Source: Calditrichaceae bacterium (GTDB lineage: Bacteria; Calditrichota; Calditrichia; Calditrichales; JBFXGD01). From it: DNA of 64,000 bases. The stretch lies in the NCBI GenBank assembly GCA_050173015.1, contig JBFXLE010000006.1:32001-96000 (forward strand), written 5' to 3'. Each line of letters opens with the position of its first letter. Position 1 is the stretch's first letter. Below the pieces are notes generated by a model. That model was not told the DNA's origin. It did not search any database and worked only from the letters and a program-made list of their open reading frames with translations. Positions 18,533 through 28,924 of the stretch are shown in pieces. A program made the position numbers and the translations under genes.

Positions 18533-21166
18533 ATGAAAAATATTACGGTTGATACCGTATTAAAAAATAAAATATTACCGTTTGTCACCAAGCCTGCCCG
18601 ATATGTGGGCAATGAACTGAACATTGTCCAAAAGGACGCTGATTCGGTTGATGTCCGGGTGGCTTTGGCATTCCCTGAAGTGTATGAGATTGCAATGTCG
18701 TATATCGGTTTTGAAATCTTATATCATGTTTTGAACAGCCGCGAAAATATCTGGGCCGAAAGGGTTTACGCTCCCTGGCCTGATATGAATGCGATGTTAA
18801 ATGAAAACAAATTATCTTTATACAGTCTTGAATCCTTTACGCCTCTTAAAGAGTTTGATATTATCGGATTTACTTTTCAGTATGAACTAACATTTACTAA
18901 TGTATTGAATATGCTGAATCTCAGCAATATAGCTATTCGATCCGAAGACAGGGATGAAAATGATCCGATAATACTGGCGGGAGGACCCAGCGGGTCGAAT
19001 CCGGAGCCGATGGCTGATTTTATCGATGCTTATCTGATCGGGGATGGAGAAGAGGGTTTTGTTGAAATTTGCAACCTGGTCGGCGAGGCGCGAAAAGAGA
19101 AAAAATCACGGTCTGAAATACTTGAAAAACTCGCCCAAATCAGAGGCGTGTATGTTCCGTCTTTCTATGAAGCATCATATGACAATGGGACTTTCTCATC
19201 CATCAGAAGGACTACGGAGAAGGTACCGGATCGAATTTTGACAAGAATTTTATCTGAATTAAAACCGGAATATTATCCGGACAAGCCAATTGTACCTTTG
19301 ATTGAGGTAACACATAACCGGTTATCCGTTGAAGTTATGCGCGGATGTACCGAAGGATGCCGTTTTTGCAACGCGGGAATGACCTACCGCCCCACCAGGG
19401 AAAGAAGCAAAGAGGATATCGTCAGCCAGACGCAAAAAATGATCGCCAGTACCGGACATGATGAAATATCCTTTCTATCCCTTTCTATTTCAGATTATTC
19501 AGATCTGAAAGGTTTGATGCAGGCTGAACAGCAGGTTCTCGATGGTTTAAACGTCAATGTCTCATTCCCTTCCATGAGACTTGATAAATTCGATGATGAG
19601 ATCGCGGAATTTGCATCCCGTGTCCGAAAATCAGGTTTTACATTTGCTCCCGAAGCGGGGAGCGCGCGTTTACGCAGAGCGATCAATAAAAATATTACAG
19701 ATGAACATTTGTTTGATTCTGTTCATATTGCGCTGCGAAACGGCTGGAAAGTACTAAAATTTTATTTCATGATTGGCTTGCCAACCGAAACAAAGGAGGA
19801 TATCGAAGCTTTAGCCGATTTAATTGAAAAAGTTGTGGAAATCAGTAAGTCTTACGGCAGGATACAGTTCAATGTGTCCGTTTCGCCGTTTTCTCCAAAA
19901 CCGCATACACCATTTCAATGGGAAAAACAGGATACCAGAACTGAATTCCTTGAAAAGATTAACATTTTAAGAAAACGTTTTGCCCGGTTCAGGCAGGTGA
20001 AGTTTTCATGGCGTGATCCGGAAGTTTCGTTGGTGGAATGTGTGTTGGGGCGCGGAGACAGACGGGTAGCGAAAGCTATCCAAAACGCATGGGAAATGGG
20101 AGCGATTTTTGACGGATGGTCCGATCATTTCAATTTTGATATTTGGACAAAAGCGTTTGAGATGGCCGGTCTCAATCTCGGGCAGTATTCACGGGAGTTA
20201 GATATTGATCAACCAGTCCCCTGGGATCATATCGACAAAGGAGTTACGAAAAATTATCTGCTCAGAGAGCGACTGAATGCCTATGACGAAAAAAATAAGT
20301 TCGATTGCAAGGAAGGGACATGCTACGGCTGCGGAATTCAAAGAAAAGGGGGCTTCAGAGAATTCGCCGATTGTTATACGCAGCTGAAACTGCATGAAAA
20401 AGCTCCGGAAAATGAACTTATGGTGACTCATCCGCAAGAAATTCCCAAAAAGGAAATCTCAGCTCCGGAAGAGAGCGAAGCAGCCGTCGGAAAAAAGATT
20501 CGGATCAGGTATCAAAAAACCGAATATGCCAGATACTTATCACATCTGGATTTAGTTCGCATCTTTGGCCGGGCCTGCAGGAGAGCGGAAATACCACTGA
20601 TGTATAGTCAGGGTTTTAATCCGCATCCAAAGTTGTCTTTCGGGCCACCGCTTTCCCTGGGTTATACGAGCAATGCCGAGTATATGGATCTGGAAATAGA
20701 GGAAACATATGCCGAAAATTTGAAAGATACGCTGAATCCGTTTTTACCCGGCGGTTTGAAAATTATTGATTCAATGCTTATCAGGGGAAAGGTTGAAACT
20801 CTTGCCTCGGTAATAAACAGCGCGGAGTATGAGATCGATATTAGTGATATGGAATTTGAGCAGGTGAAGTTTGAAGAATCATTAAAAAATTTGCTTGACG
20901 CTGTTCAGATTGAAGTTGAACGCGAGGTTAAAGGAAAACGTAAAATCATTGATATCCGACCGTTTATCGTTTCCATAAAGCGTTCAGAAAAATCCATACT
21001 GGTGAAAACAAGAAACATTGAAATGAGAACCGTACGTATGAAGGAACTGCTGGATCAGTTGTTTCAGTACGGCAATATCGATGTAAAAAAGTTCCATGTC
21101 CATCGCAGGGAGCAGCTAATTCTTCAAGGAGAATCGGAGAGAAATCCGATAGAAGTGCTTGCCTGA
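18533..21166 (+). CDS. B12-binding radical SAM protein (TIGR03960 type) fused to radical SAM-linked domain (TIGR03936 type)
   Basis: KPARYVGNE, RGCTEGCRFC (CxxxCxxC), FAPEAGS, YFMIGLP; C-terminal YLSHLD...GFNPHP; typical context next to rne-rplU-rpmA. Confidence 0.92.
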   Translation: MKNITVDTVLKNKILPFVTKPARYVGNELNIVQKDADSVDVRVALAFPEVYEIAMSYIGFEILYHVLNSRENIWAERVYAPWPDMNAMLNENKLSLYSLESFTPLKEFDIIGFTFQYELTFTNVLNMLNLSNIAIRSEDRDENDPIILAGGPSGSNPEPMADFIDAYLIGDGEEGFVEICNLVGEARKEKKSRSEILEKLAQIRGVYVPSFYEASYDNGTFSSIRRTTEKVPDRILTRILSELKPEYYPDKPIVPLIEVTHNRLSVEVMRGCTEGCRFCNAGMTYRPTRERSKEDIVSQTQKMIASTGHDEISFLSLSISDYSDLKGLMQAEQQVLDGLNVNVSFPSMRLDKFDDEIAEFASRVRKSGFTFAPEAGSARLRRAINKNITDEHLFDSVHIALRNGWKVLKFYFMIGLPTETKEDIEALADLIEKVVEISKSYGRIQFNVSVSPFSPKPHTPFQWEKQDTRTEFLEKINILRKRFARFRQVKFSWRDPEVSLVECVLGRGDRRVAKAIQNAWEMGAIFDGWSDHFNFDIWTKAFEMAGLNLGQYSRELDIDQPVPWDHIDKGVTKNYLLRERLNAYDEKNKFDCKEGTCYGCGIQRKGGFREFADCYTQLKLHEKAPENELMVTHPQEIPKKEISAPEESEAAVGKKIRIRYQKTEYARYLSHLDLVRIFGRACRRAEIPLMYSQGFNPHPKLSFGPPLSLGYTSNAEYMDLEIEETYAENLKDTLNPFLPGGLKIIDSMLIRGKVETLASVINSAEYEIDISDMEFEQVKFEESLKNLLDAVQIEVEREVKGKRKIIDIRPFIVSIKRSEKSILVKTRNIEMRTVRMKELLDQLFQYGNIDVKKFHVHRREQLILQGESERNPIEVLA

Positions 21167-21339
21167 AAAATCTGGTATCCTGTTATTTCCCTCTTTTTTT
21201 CTAAAAAAAGTTATGTGCCGGTGATATATGTCCCAAACTTCACCTGGAATATTGATTAAATTTGATCAAATTATTCCCGGGAAGCCTGAATCAGATCCTA
21301 AAGACTAAGGTCTTAGTGAACAGAGGAAAATGTGCTATT

Positions 21340-22881
21340 ATGACAAAAGAAATTATTATAAACGCGACGAATGAAGAAACGCGGATTGCCATACTTGAAG
21401 ATTCAAAACTGGTTGAGTTGTTTGTTGAGAGGCCGGAATATGAACGAATGGTGGGTGATATATATAAAGGATCTGTAAGCCGTGTACTGCCAGGTATGCA
21501 GGCAGCCTTTATAGATATCGGGCATGAACAAAATGCTTTTTTGCATTTTTCGGATATCTCCGCCTCCTATCAGGACTATTTTATTGACTATGATGAAGAA
21601 GATGAAAATAATTCAAAACCAGCAAAGAAGAAGAAAAAAGGAAACGGCGGTTTTAGCGTTGAAAAGCAATTAAAAAAAGGCCAGGACATCCTGGTGCAGA
21701 TTATCAAGGAGCCCATCGGTACAAAGGGTTGCCGTGTTACAAGTGACATCACGCTTCCGGGGCGCTATCTGGTTTTAATACCGAATCAGAAACAGATTGG
21801 TGTTTCACGGAAAATCAGTAATCAAAAAGAACGAAAGCGTCTTCGTGAAATAGCAAGACAGATTTTGCCGGGCAACTTCGGTCTGATTATTCGGACGGTG
21901 GCGGAGAGCAAAAGCGACCGTGAAATTAAAAAAGATCTTAATAAATTGCTGTCCACCTGGAAAAAGCTTGAGAAAAAAATAAAAAACCAGAACGCGCCGA
22001 CATTAATTTATAAAGATATGGCAATGGCTTCGAGCATTATCCGGGATCTGTTCACAGCCGATGTGGATCAGGTTAAGGTGGATTCCAGAAAGCTGATGCG
22101 GGAAATTCTGGCGTATGTAAAGTACGTAGCGCCTCAGTTGAGCCATAAGGTGACTTATTACGCGGAAAAAACACCGATCTTCGATAAGTTCGGAATCGAG
22201 GCTGAAATCGATAAACTCACCGATAATAAGGCCTGGCTAAAAAATGGTGGATATCTCATTATACAGCAGACGGAAGCGCTTGTGGCGATTGATGTAAACA
22301 GCGGTAAATTTATCGGCCGGAAAGATCATGAGACGAATTCGTTAAAAATCAACATGGAAGCAACGAGAGAAATTGCCCGTCAGGCACGGTTAAGAGATCT
22401 CGGAGGGTTGATTGTTATCGATCTGATTGACGTTTTGGAGGAAGAGAACAAGCGCAAGATTTATATGGAACTCAAAAAAGAATTCGCAAAGGATCGATCC
22501 ATTACAAAAATTGAAGAAATGAGCCGCTTTGGTCTGATAGAAATGACAAGACAGCGTGTGCGGCCAAGCGTCATCCATTCGATCAATGAAGCATGTCCGG
22601 TGTGCAAGGGGAGTGGTCTTATTCCAACCCTGAATACAATTGTGAGCAAAATCGAGAGATGGATTCAAAGATACCGCGCCAGTGGAGGAGACCGTCGGGT
22701 TACGCTGCATGTGACTCCGGATGTTCACCGCTATCTGGTTACCGGGAGATATAACCGGCGCTTGAAGCTCATGTGGAAGTACTGGATGAAAATAAACGTG
22801 ACCAAAGACGAAAAATTAAAAGTTGGTGAATTTGCCTTTTATGACAGATTAAATAAATCGTCCATAGATATCAAAAAATAA
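21340..22881 (+). CDS. rng: Rne/Rng family ribonuclease
   Basis: VGDIYKG, QAAFIDIG, IDVNSG, RLRDLGGLIVID, EMTRQR, CPVCKG; start MTKE at 21340. Confidence 0.9.
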   Translation: MTKEIIINATNEETRIAILEDSKLVELFVERPEYERMVGDIYKGSVSRVLPGMQAAFIDIGHEQNAFLHFSDISASYQDYFIDYDEEDENNSKPAKKKKKGNGGFSVEKQLKKGQDILVQIIKEPIGTKGCRVTSDITLPGRYLVLIPNQKQIGVSRKISNQKERKRLREIARQILPGNFGLIIRTVAESKSDREIKKDLNKLLSTWKKLEKKIKNQNAPTLIYKDMAMASSIIRDLFTADVDQVKVDSRKLMREILAYVKYVAPQLSHKVTYYAEKTPIFDKFGIEAEIDKLTDNKAWLKNGGYLIIQQTEALVAIDVNSGKFIGRKDHETNSLKINMEATREIARQARLRDLGGLIVIDLIDVLEEENKRKIYMELKKEFAKDRSITKIEEMSRFGLIEMTRQRVRPSVIHSINEACPVCKGSGLIPTLNTIVSKIERWIQRYRASGGDRRVTLHVTPDVHRYLVTGRYNRRLKLMWKYWMKINVTKDEKLKVGEFAFYDRLNKSSIDIKK

Positions 22882-22882
22882 C

Positions 22883-22911
22883 TTGACAATGTTTGACACA
22901 AGAGTTAAATT
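22883..22911 (+). promoter_or_regulatory. Sigma70-type promoter of rplU-rpmA
   Basis: TTGACA-N17-TAAATT. Confidence 0.7.
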
Positions 22912-22950
22912 TGATGCTCAATTTTTTGTATCCAAGCTAGGGGAGATAGA

Positions 22951-23331
22951 ATGTACGCGATTGTTGAAATTGCTGGAAAGCAATATCGTGTTGAGAAGGA
23001 TAAAAGAGTAAAAGTACCTTTACAGCACGCTGAAAACGGTGATCAGGTTGAGTTTGAAAAAGTACTCATCTATAATGATGAAAAAGGCGAAGTTCAGATC
23101 GGTAAACCAACTGTAAAAGATATAAAGGTGTCTGCTACGGTTGTTGAACACGGTCGTGAGAAAAAAGTCATCGTTTTTAAGAAAAAACGCCGTAAGGGTT
23201 ATCAGAAGAAGAATGGTCATCGCCAGGATTTTTCGATGATTAAAATAGACGCAATCGGAAAGGTTAAGGCAGCAAAAGCAAAAACTGCAAAGGCCAAAGC
23301 CGATGTAAAAGAAGAAGTAAAGGAGGCGTAA
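22951..23331 (+). CDS. rplU: 50S ribosomal protein L21 (with Lys/Ala-rich tail)
   Basis: [30 protein letters not shown]. Confidence 0.98.
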   Translation: MYAIVEIAGKQYRVEKDKRVKVPLQHAENGDQVEFEKVLIYNDEKGEVQIGKPTVKDIKVSATVVEHGREKKVIVFKKKRRKGYQKKNGHRQDFSMIKIDAIGKVKAAKAKTAKAKADVKEEVKEA

Positions 23332-23332
23332 A

Positions 23333-23590
23333 ATGGCACATAAGAAAGGTGTGGGTAGCTCCCGGAATGGACGTGATAGTCAGGCCAAACGCCTCGGAGT
23401 TAAAGCATTTGGCGGTGAATTTGTCACAGCCGGTTCTATCATCATTCGTCAACGCGGAACAAGAATTCATCCCGGTAATAATGTCGGGTTGGGCGGAGAT
23501 GATACAATATTCGCCAAAATAGACGGTTTTGTAAAATTTGAACGGAAAGATCGCGATCGCAAAAAGGTCAGTGTCTATCCGGAAGCATAG
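23333..23590 (+). CDS. rpmA: 50S ribosomal protein L27
   Basis: [24 protein letters not shown]. Confidence 0.98.
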   Translation: MAHKKGVGSSRNGRDSQAKRLGVKAFGGEFVTAGSIIIRQRGTRIHPGNNVGLGGDDTIFAKIDGFVKFERKDRDRKKVSVYPEA

Positions 23591-23612
23591 CGCGAAATTT
23601 TTTGAAAACATT

Positions 23613-23645
23613 AAGGCCGGTAAAATTTTTTACCGGCCTTTTTTG
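23613..23645 (+). terminator. Rho-independent terminator
   Basis: AAGGCCGGTAAAA/TTTTACCGGCCTT stem followed by T-tract. Confidence 0.9.
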
Positions 23646-23749
23646 TTTATTGAACAATCATTCTGTCATAATTAATTTTGTATCCTGAATAAACACCACG
23701 CATCAAATAAAACTATAATGATTCACTACTAAATTCCGGAGAAGAAAAA

Positions 23750-23926
23750 GTGGGAAATACTGAGCGGATAATCAGAATCGTTGCCGGACTGATACTTATA
23801 TCACTGGCTTTTATCGGACCCAAAACACAACTTGGATGGATAGGACTGCTGCCATTGTTAACAGGACTTTCAAGTTTTTGTCCGGGAAAACTCGCGGTGA
23901 CCCGCGTATTCAGAAAAAAACAATAA
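23750..23926 (+). CDS. DUF2892 (YgaP-like) small membrane protein, possibly degenerate
   Basis: Not in the ORF track. GTG start after GGAG; MGNTERIIRIVAGLILISLAFIGPKTQLGWIGLLPLLTGLSSFCPGKLAVTRVFRKKQ (58 aa). Confidence 0.65.
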   Translation: MGNTERIIRIVAGLILISLAFIGPKTQLGWIGLLPLLTGLSSFCPGKLAVTRVFRKKQ

Positions 23927-24079
23927 ATTTTTTTGTAAAGATCCCCCCCAAGATTAGCGCGGGTGGCTTAGGCCGCCTGCGCTTTTCGTTTTTATATCCT
24001 TCTGGTTCCCGGATCGGCCTGCATCCGAACTAATATCTTTCGTACTGATAAGCTCTTAATTAATTATCTAAGGCATGAC

Positions 24080-24108
24080 TTGAATTGAACATCCGGATCA
24101 TTTAGATT
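24080..24108 (+). promoter_or_regulatory. Sigma70-type promoter
   Basis: TTGAAT-N17-TAGATT. Confidence 0.45.
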
Positions 24109-24131
24109 CATAAAAAAGAAAGGATAGCTTC

Positions 24132-25040
24132 TTGAGACTGATTATATTTCTGCAATTTTTACTCTTTTCATTACTCTGCGGACAAAATTTTGAAGAATTG
24201 GCGCGTATCGGAGGCGAAGGCAGGGAACCGGGAAAATTTAATAAACCCCTGGCCGTCAGTGTATCAAAGGACGGTACCGTTTATGTTGTGGATACCGGTA
24301 ACAACAGAATTCAGTTATTTGATCTGAAGGGGGAATTGATTAAAACGGTAGGCGGATTCGGTTTTCAAAACGATCAGTTTGATACACCGACGGATATATG
24401 GACCCGCTCACTGATCAATATTTATGTGGCTGATTATAACAATCAGAGATTGCAAAGATATGACAGAAATATGAATTTTATTTCCACATTTACAAATAAT
24501 CGATCCTATTCCAATGAATTTCAATTTTTCGAGATCAGCAGCATCGCTGTCAGTTCTCAGAATGATCTGTTAGTGCTTGACCGCGGTGACAATAAAATCA
24601 TAAAATTCAATCGTGACAGCAGGCCCGAGCGATCATTCGGATCCTACGAATCAGGGAAGGGCGAATTACGGCAGCCTGAACAACTTGATATACTGCCGGA
24701 TAACCGCCTGATAGTGACAGATACGGGTCGAAGGTCAATTATTCAATTTGACAATTTCGGAAATTTCCTGGGAGAGATTAAACATAAAGAATTCAAAATT
24801 CCGAGAGGTCTCGCGGTTTCCGACAAAGGGAGGATTTTTCTTGCAGATCCGGGAGCCGGAAAAGTCTTTGTGATATCAGACGATTATAAAAGTATAACCG
24901 AGATCAAAAACATATCCGGATTACCATTAAAACATCCGCAGGATGTAGCAGTCTGGCGTGGATCCGGCGTAGATGTCAAGAGCCAGACTCTCTATATTAT
25001 TGATGAAAATGAACTTGTAATCGGAACCCTGACTGATTAG
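24132..25040 (+). CDS. Secreted NHL-repeat beta-propeller protein
   Basis: Signal peptide; repeated FxxPxxV...YVxDxxNxRIQ units. Confidence 0.85.
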   Translation: MRLIIFLQFLLFSLLCGQNFEELARIGGEGREPGKFNKPLAVSVSKDGTVYVVDTGNNRIQLFDLKGELIKTVGGFGFQNDQFDTPTDIWTRSLINIYVADYNNQRLQRYDRNMNFISTFTNNRSYSNEFQFFEISSIAVSSQNDLLVLDRGDNKIIKFNRDSRPERSFGSYESGKGELRQPEQLDILPDNRLIVTDTGRRSIIQFDNFGNFLGEIKHKEFKIPRGLAVSDKGRIFLADPGAGKVFVISDDYKSITEIKNISGLPLKHPQDVAVWRGSGVDVKSQTLYIIDENELVIGTLTD

Positions 25041-28000
25041 TGAAGCAGCAATCTCAATTTCCCCGGATACTTTTAGCGCTTGTTCTGGCAGGAACATGCT
25101 TTCTGTTCGAAAAGCCCACTCTTGCTCAAACATATATTCCGTCATATCGATGGCAAGTGGACAGTTTGATTGTTATTGATCAGTCTGACTTCGTTTTTGC
25201 TTTTCCGGAAACTCATCGTCCGCTGCTGCAATCCCTGAGGATTTATAAAAATAGTGTTTTGCTTCGTGAAGAAATGGATTACAGAGTCTATGAAGAGAGT
25301 CTCATCCGTTTTTTCCCACCGCCATCAGACAGCGACACGCTTATTATAAATTATAAACGCCGGCCATTGGATCTGAAAAAAAAATATTATCTCTTTGAAA
25401 AGGATACACTTCGGCAACAAGCGCCCGGCGATTCACTCATCGCGCAAAAAGAAACGGTCCGGTTGAGAGAAATCAAATTTGAAAATCCATTCACTGATTT
25501 CACTCCGGGGTTAAATAAAAGCGGAAGTATTATGCGTGGTGTTAAGATCGGAACAAATCAGGATCTCACATTAAACTCCGGACTTAATCTCGAACTCTCC
25601 GGCCAGTTAACAGATAATGTGGAAATTATCGCGGCGCTTACGGATGAATCGACTCCCATTCAGCCGGAGGGTAATACTCAGACTCTCGATGAAGTGGATA
25701 AAGTGTTCGTTGAATTCAGAAGTCCGCACATTGGCGGCACGGTGGGCGATTTGAATCTGACCTATGAAAATACTCAATTTGCCAACCTTTCGAGAAAATT
25801 GCAGGGTATCACATTAAACGGCACATACGATGCCCATATCGCCGGAGCGACGATAGCGACCACGCGCGGATATTTTAACCGGAACTCACTGATTGGCCGG
25901 GAAGGTAATCAGGGACCATATCAACTGACCGGTAAAAACGGTGAAAGAGAAATCATTGTGCTGGCCGGGACCGAAAGAGTGTGGGTTGACGGCCAGAAGA
26001 TGACCAGGGGAGAGAGCAACGATTATGTGATTGAGTACGGTAATGGTCAGGTCACTTTTACTAACAGACGCATGATTACGGGTGATTCTAGAATAGAAGT
26101 CGATTTTGAATATTTTCCGGCTACACAAGATTACAGCCGGAATGTATACAGCGGAATGATTGGCGGGGCTGCCGCGGAAGGGAAGCTGAACTACCGATTC
26201 CAGTATTACCGGGAATTTGACGATAAAGACCGGGTTCTTGAAGAGGGCGGTACACTTACGGAAGAGGAAAAAGAAATTCTGCGTCAGTCCGGGGATGATC
26301 CGTTAGAGGCTTATACCACCGGGGTGACTCAGGTCGCAGACAGCGCCGGTTCCTATATAAAGGTGGATACTTTAATCAATAACGAATCGTATTCATATTA
26401 TAAATATGTCGGTAGTAAAGCCGGGAATTTCAGTGTAATCTTTTCGCTGGTCGGGAGCAAGAAAGGTGATTATTCACGTGATCGTTTGGGGGTTTACAGA
26501 TGGGTGGGAATTGGAAAAGGGGAATATTTACCGCGCCGTTTTCTTCCCTTACCTGCCTCGCATAATCTAGCCGACGCGAAGATCAGTTGGAATCCCGGAA
26601 AGCATTTCAGCTTGAATGCGGAATACGCGCTGAGTCAGCTTGATAAAAATACATTCTCTTCTCTTGATGATAATAATAACACAGGCAATGCTCTCAATGT
26701 TAAGAGTGAGTTAAATGGGATCCCGGTTAACATCGGATCGGCCCGGCTGGGTGTGATGGATCTATCACTGGATACGCGTTTTATAGACGACACCTTTGAA
26801 TCGGTTGACCGTTTTAACGAACCCGATTATCAACGATACTGGAATTTAGGCACGGCTTCCGGCCAGTCATCGGAAGAGCGGAGTTATCAGCTTAATGGTA
26901 ATTATCGTCCCATGAAAACCCTGAAACTGACAGGAAACGCCGGAATTCTTGATAAAACCGATTTTTCATCAAAAAGATACATGGGAAGGCTGAATTTTGA
27001 AGATAAACATCTATTTACCGGAAACGCCAAATACGAATTTGTAGGCAGCGAAACGGGAAGCGGTCTGACAAAAGACGATTGGGTAAGGTATGAGGGGGAT
27101 ATTAAAAAGGATATCTGGAAAATACAGCCGACTCTCCTTTATAATTATGAACAGCGTCAAACCGATAAAAACGGGACCTTAACCGGGTTTGAATTTGATG
27201 ATTACGGAATCCGTTTTGGGTTGATCGAAATGCGGTATGTCAGCGGATATGTTCAATACAACATGAGGGAAGACGCTGTTTATGATATTGAAGACAGAGG
27301 CAAATTGCTTCCGCAGTCAACAACCGCGACGCGCCGCTTTCGGATTGATTTACAGAACTATGAAGAGACATCCGCGAGTCTCGAAATTGTTCAGCGCGAC
27401 AAAGATTATAAACCATTTTTTGAAAACATCAAAGTGGATACTCTCAAATTGCAGTATGCCGATGCTTCTGTTCAGGATACCACCTGGCAGGACCGGGAGA
27501 CCAATCTGATTGATTTTAACCTGACGCACTCACGATGGAAAAAAGCGGTCAATTTTTCGATGCAGTACAAAATTTCGACTGAGCAAACGGCATTAAAAGA
27601 AAAAATATATCTCGATGTGGGAGAAGGCGATGGCAATTTAAGATATGACGAGGCGCTTGACGAATACGTGCCGGATCCCGACGGTAATTACAATCTCTAC
27701 ATTGTCCCTTCCGATAAATTCGAACCGGTTACCAATTTACAAACGGCTTTCCGGGTAACCTATGATCCTTCAAAATTCTGGAGAAGATCAACAGGTAATT
27801 TGATTAAAATTTTATCCAATGTCAGTGGTGAGAGTTATTTCCGCGTGGAAGAAGAAACCCGGGAATCAGATTTGACTTCCATATATACGCTTAATTTATC
27901 CGATTTCCAGGGAGATCAGACGATTCGCGGGAGCATTATTTATAATCAGGATCTATATCTCATGCGTCGTAACAGGGATTTATCTTTCCGGCTAAGGTAC

Positions 28001-28591
28001 CGTTACAGAGATGACCGTTCTAATCAATATCTCGATCCCGGTGAAAATGAGGATCAGCTTCTCATCGAACGGGGAATCAGGGCGGACTGGAGAATCATAT
28101 CAGACCTGAAGAGCCAGACAGAATTCAGTCAGAAACTCACAACAAGAGAAAGCCGGTCCAACACATTCCGAAACAGGGATATATTTGGCTGGTATGTGAA
28201 TCAGAAATTTTCTTATCGACCGACTGATCGTTGGGAATTTGGTATAGAGCCGGAATATGGCAGGGAGCATAATTATGTCACAACTTATCCGCTTGTTTTG
28301 TGGTTTGGGGTTCTTAGAAACAGGATTAACTATTCCATCCCGGCAAAAGGAAGGATAAGCGCGGAATATGAATATCAGACCGTAAACACGCTCGATAATC
28401 CTCTTAATCTCTCCGTACCTTATGAGATGGCAAACGGCAAAAAAGAAGGCATATCTAAAAAATGGCAGCTGAGAGCGGAATACACAGTGGCAAAGAATAT
28501 CGTCTTTACACTTTTCTATAACGGGCGCGATGACGCGAGCGCGAAGAATATCATCCACACAGGACAGGCTGAAATCCGGGCATTTTTTTAG
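25040..28591 (+). CDS. Large outer-membrane protein (probable beta-barrel), uncharacterised
   Basis: 1183 aa, signal peptide, amphipathic strands, C-terminal Phe; start overlaps the NHL gene stop. Confidence 0.7.
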   Translation: MKQQSQFPRILLALVLAGTCFLFEKPTLAQTYIPSYRWQVDSLIVIDQSDFVFAFPETHRPLLQSLRIYKNSVLLREEMDYRVYEESLIRFFPPPSDSDTLIINYKRRPLDLKKKYYLFEKDTLRQQAPGDSLIAQKETVRLREIKFENPFTDFTPGLNKSGSIMRGVKIGTNQDLTLNSGLNLELSGQLTDNVEIIAALTDESTPIQPEGNTQTLDEVDKVFVEFRSPHIGGTVGDLNLTYENTQFANLSRKLQGITLNGTYDAHIAGATIATTRGYFNRNSLIGREGNQGPYQLTGKNGEREIIVLAGTERVWVDGQKMTRGESNDYVIEYGNGQVTFTNRRMITGDSRIEVDFEYFPATQDYSRNVYSGMIGGAAAEGKLNYRFQYYREFDDKDRVLEEGGTLTEEEKEILRQSGDDPLEAYTTGVTQVADSAGSYIKVDTLINNESYSYYKYVGSKAGNFSVIFSLVGSKKGDYSRDRLGVYRWVGIGKGEYLPRRFLPLPASHNLADAKISWNPGKHFSLNAEYALSQLDKNTFSSLDDNNNTGNALNVKSELNGIPVNIGSARLGVMDLSLDTRFIDDTFESVDRFNEPDYQRYWNLGTASGQSSEERSYQLNGNYRPMKTLKLTGNAGILDKTDFSSKRYMGRLNFEDKHLFTGNAKYEFVGSETGSGLTKDDWVRYEGDIKKDIWKIQPTLLYNYEQRQTDKNGTLTGFEFDDYGIRFGLIEMRYVSGYVQYNMREDAVYDIEDRGKLLPQSTTATRRFRIDLQNYEETSASLEIVQRDKDYKPFFENIKVDTLKLQYADASVQDTTWQDRETNLIDFNLTHSRWKKAVNFSMQYKISTEQTALKEKIYLDVGEGDGNLRYDEALDEYVPDPDGNYNLYIVPSDKFEPVTNLQTAFRVTYDPSKFWRRSTGNLIKILSNVSGESYFRVEEETRESDLTSIYTLNLSDFQGDQTIRGSIIYNQDLYLMRRNRDLSFRLRYRYRDDRSNQYLDPGENEDQLLIERGIRADWRIISDLKSQTEFSQKLTTRESRSNTFRNRDIFGWYVNQKFSYRPTDRWEFGIEPEYGREHNYVTTYPLVLWFGVLRNRINYSIPAKGRISAEYEYQTVNTLDNPLNLSVPYEMANGKKEGISKKWQLRAEYTVAKNIVFTLFYNGRDDASAKNIIHTGQAEIRAFF

Positions 28592-28734
28592 GCAGAAGTT
28601 GTATGGCCTTAATTTTTTAAATGTTTTCTGCCGCGATTAAATGCGGGAATTGATCGACAGGTACCAGTCAGCAATAAATTCACAGAAATTTCAATTTCCA
28701 AAATCCCAAACAAATGAAAGATTACCGATATTCA

Positions 28735-28820
28735 AACTCTTTTTTCTTTTGTCTTTTATCTTTTATCTTAACATTCTTACTTCTTACTTCTTACTTCCTA
28801 CTTCCTACTCTTCCTCCTTT
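28735..28820. repeat. Heptamer tandem tract (CTTTTAT / CTTACTT / CCTACTT)
   Basis: Same units as at 10.3-11.0 kb. Confidence 0.8.
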
Positions 28821-28924
28821 CCCTGTCGATAAAAGTTGATTTTTTGAAATTAATTCTTTAGCCTAACAGTTGTAAAAACTTTATTGATTTAAAGGTCTAT
28901 CTTATAAAATCCTTAGGAGTAAAA

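Noticed and set aside
23836..24033. 65-aa ORF in the track
   Set aside because: Overlaps the better-supported DUF2892-like frame at 23750-23926
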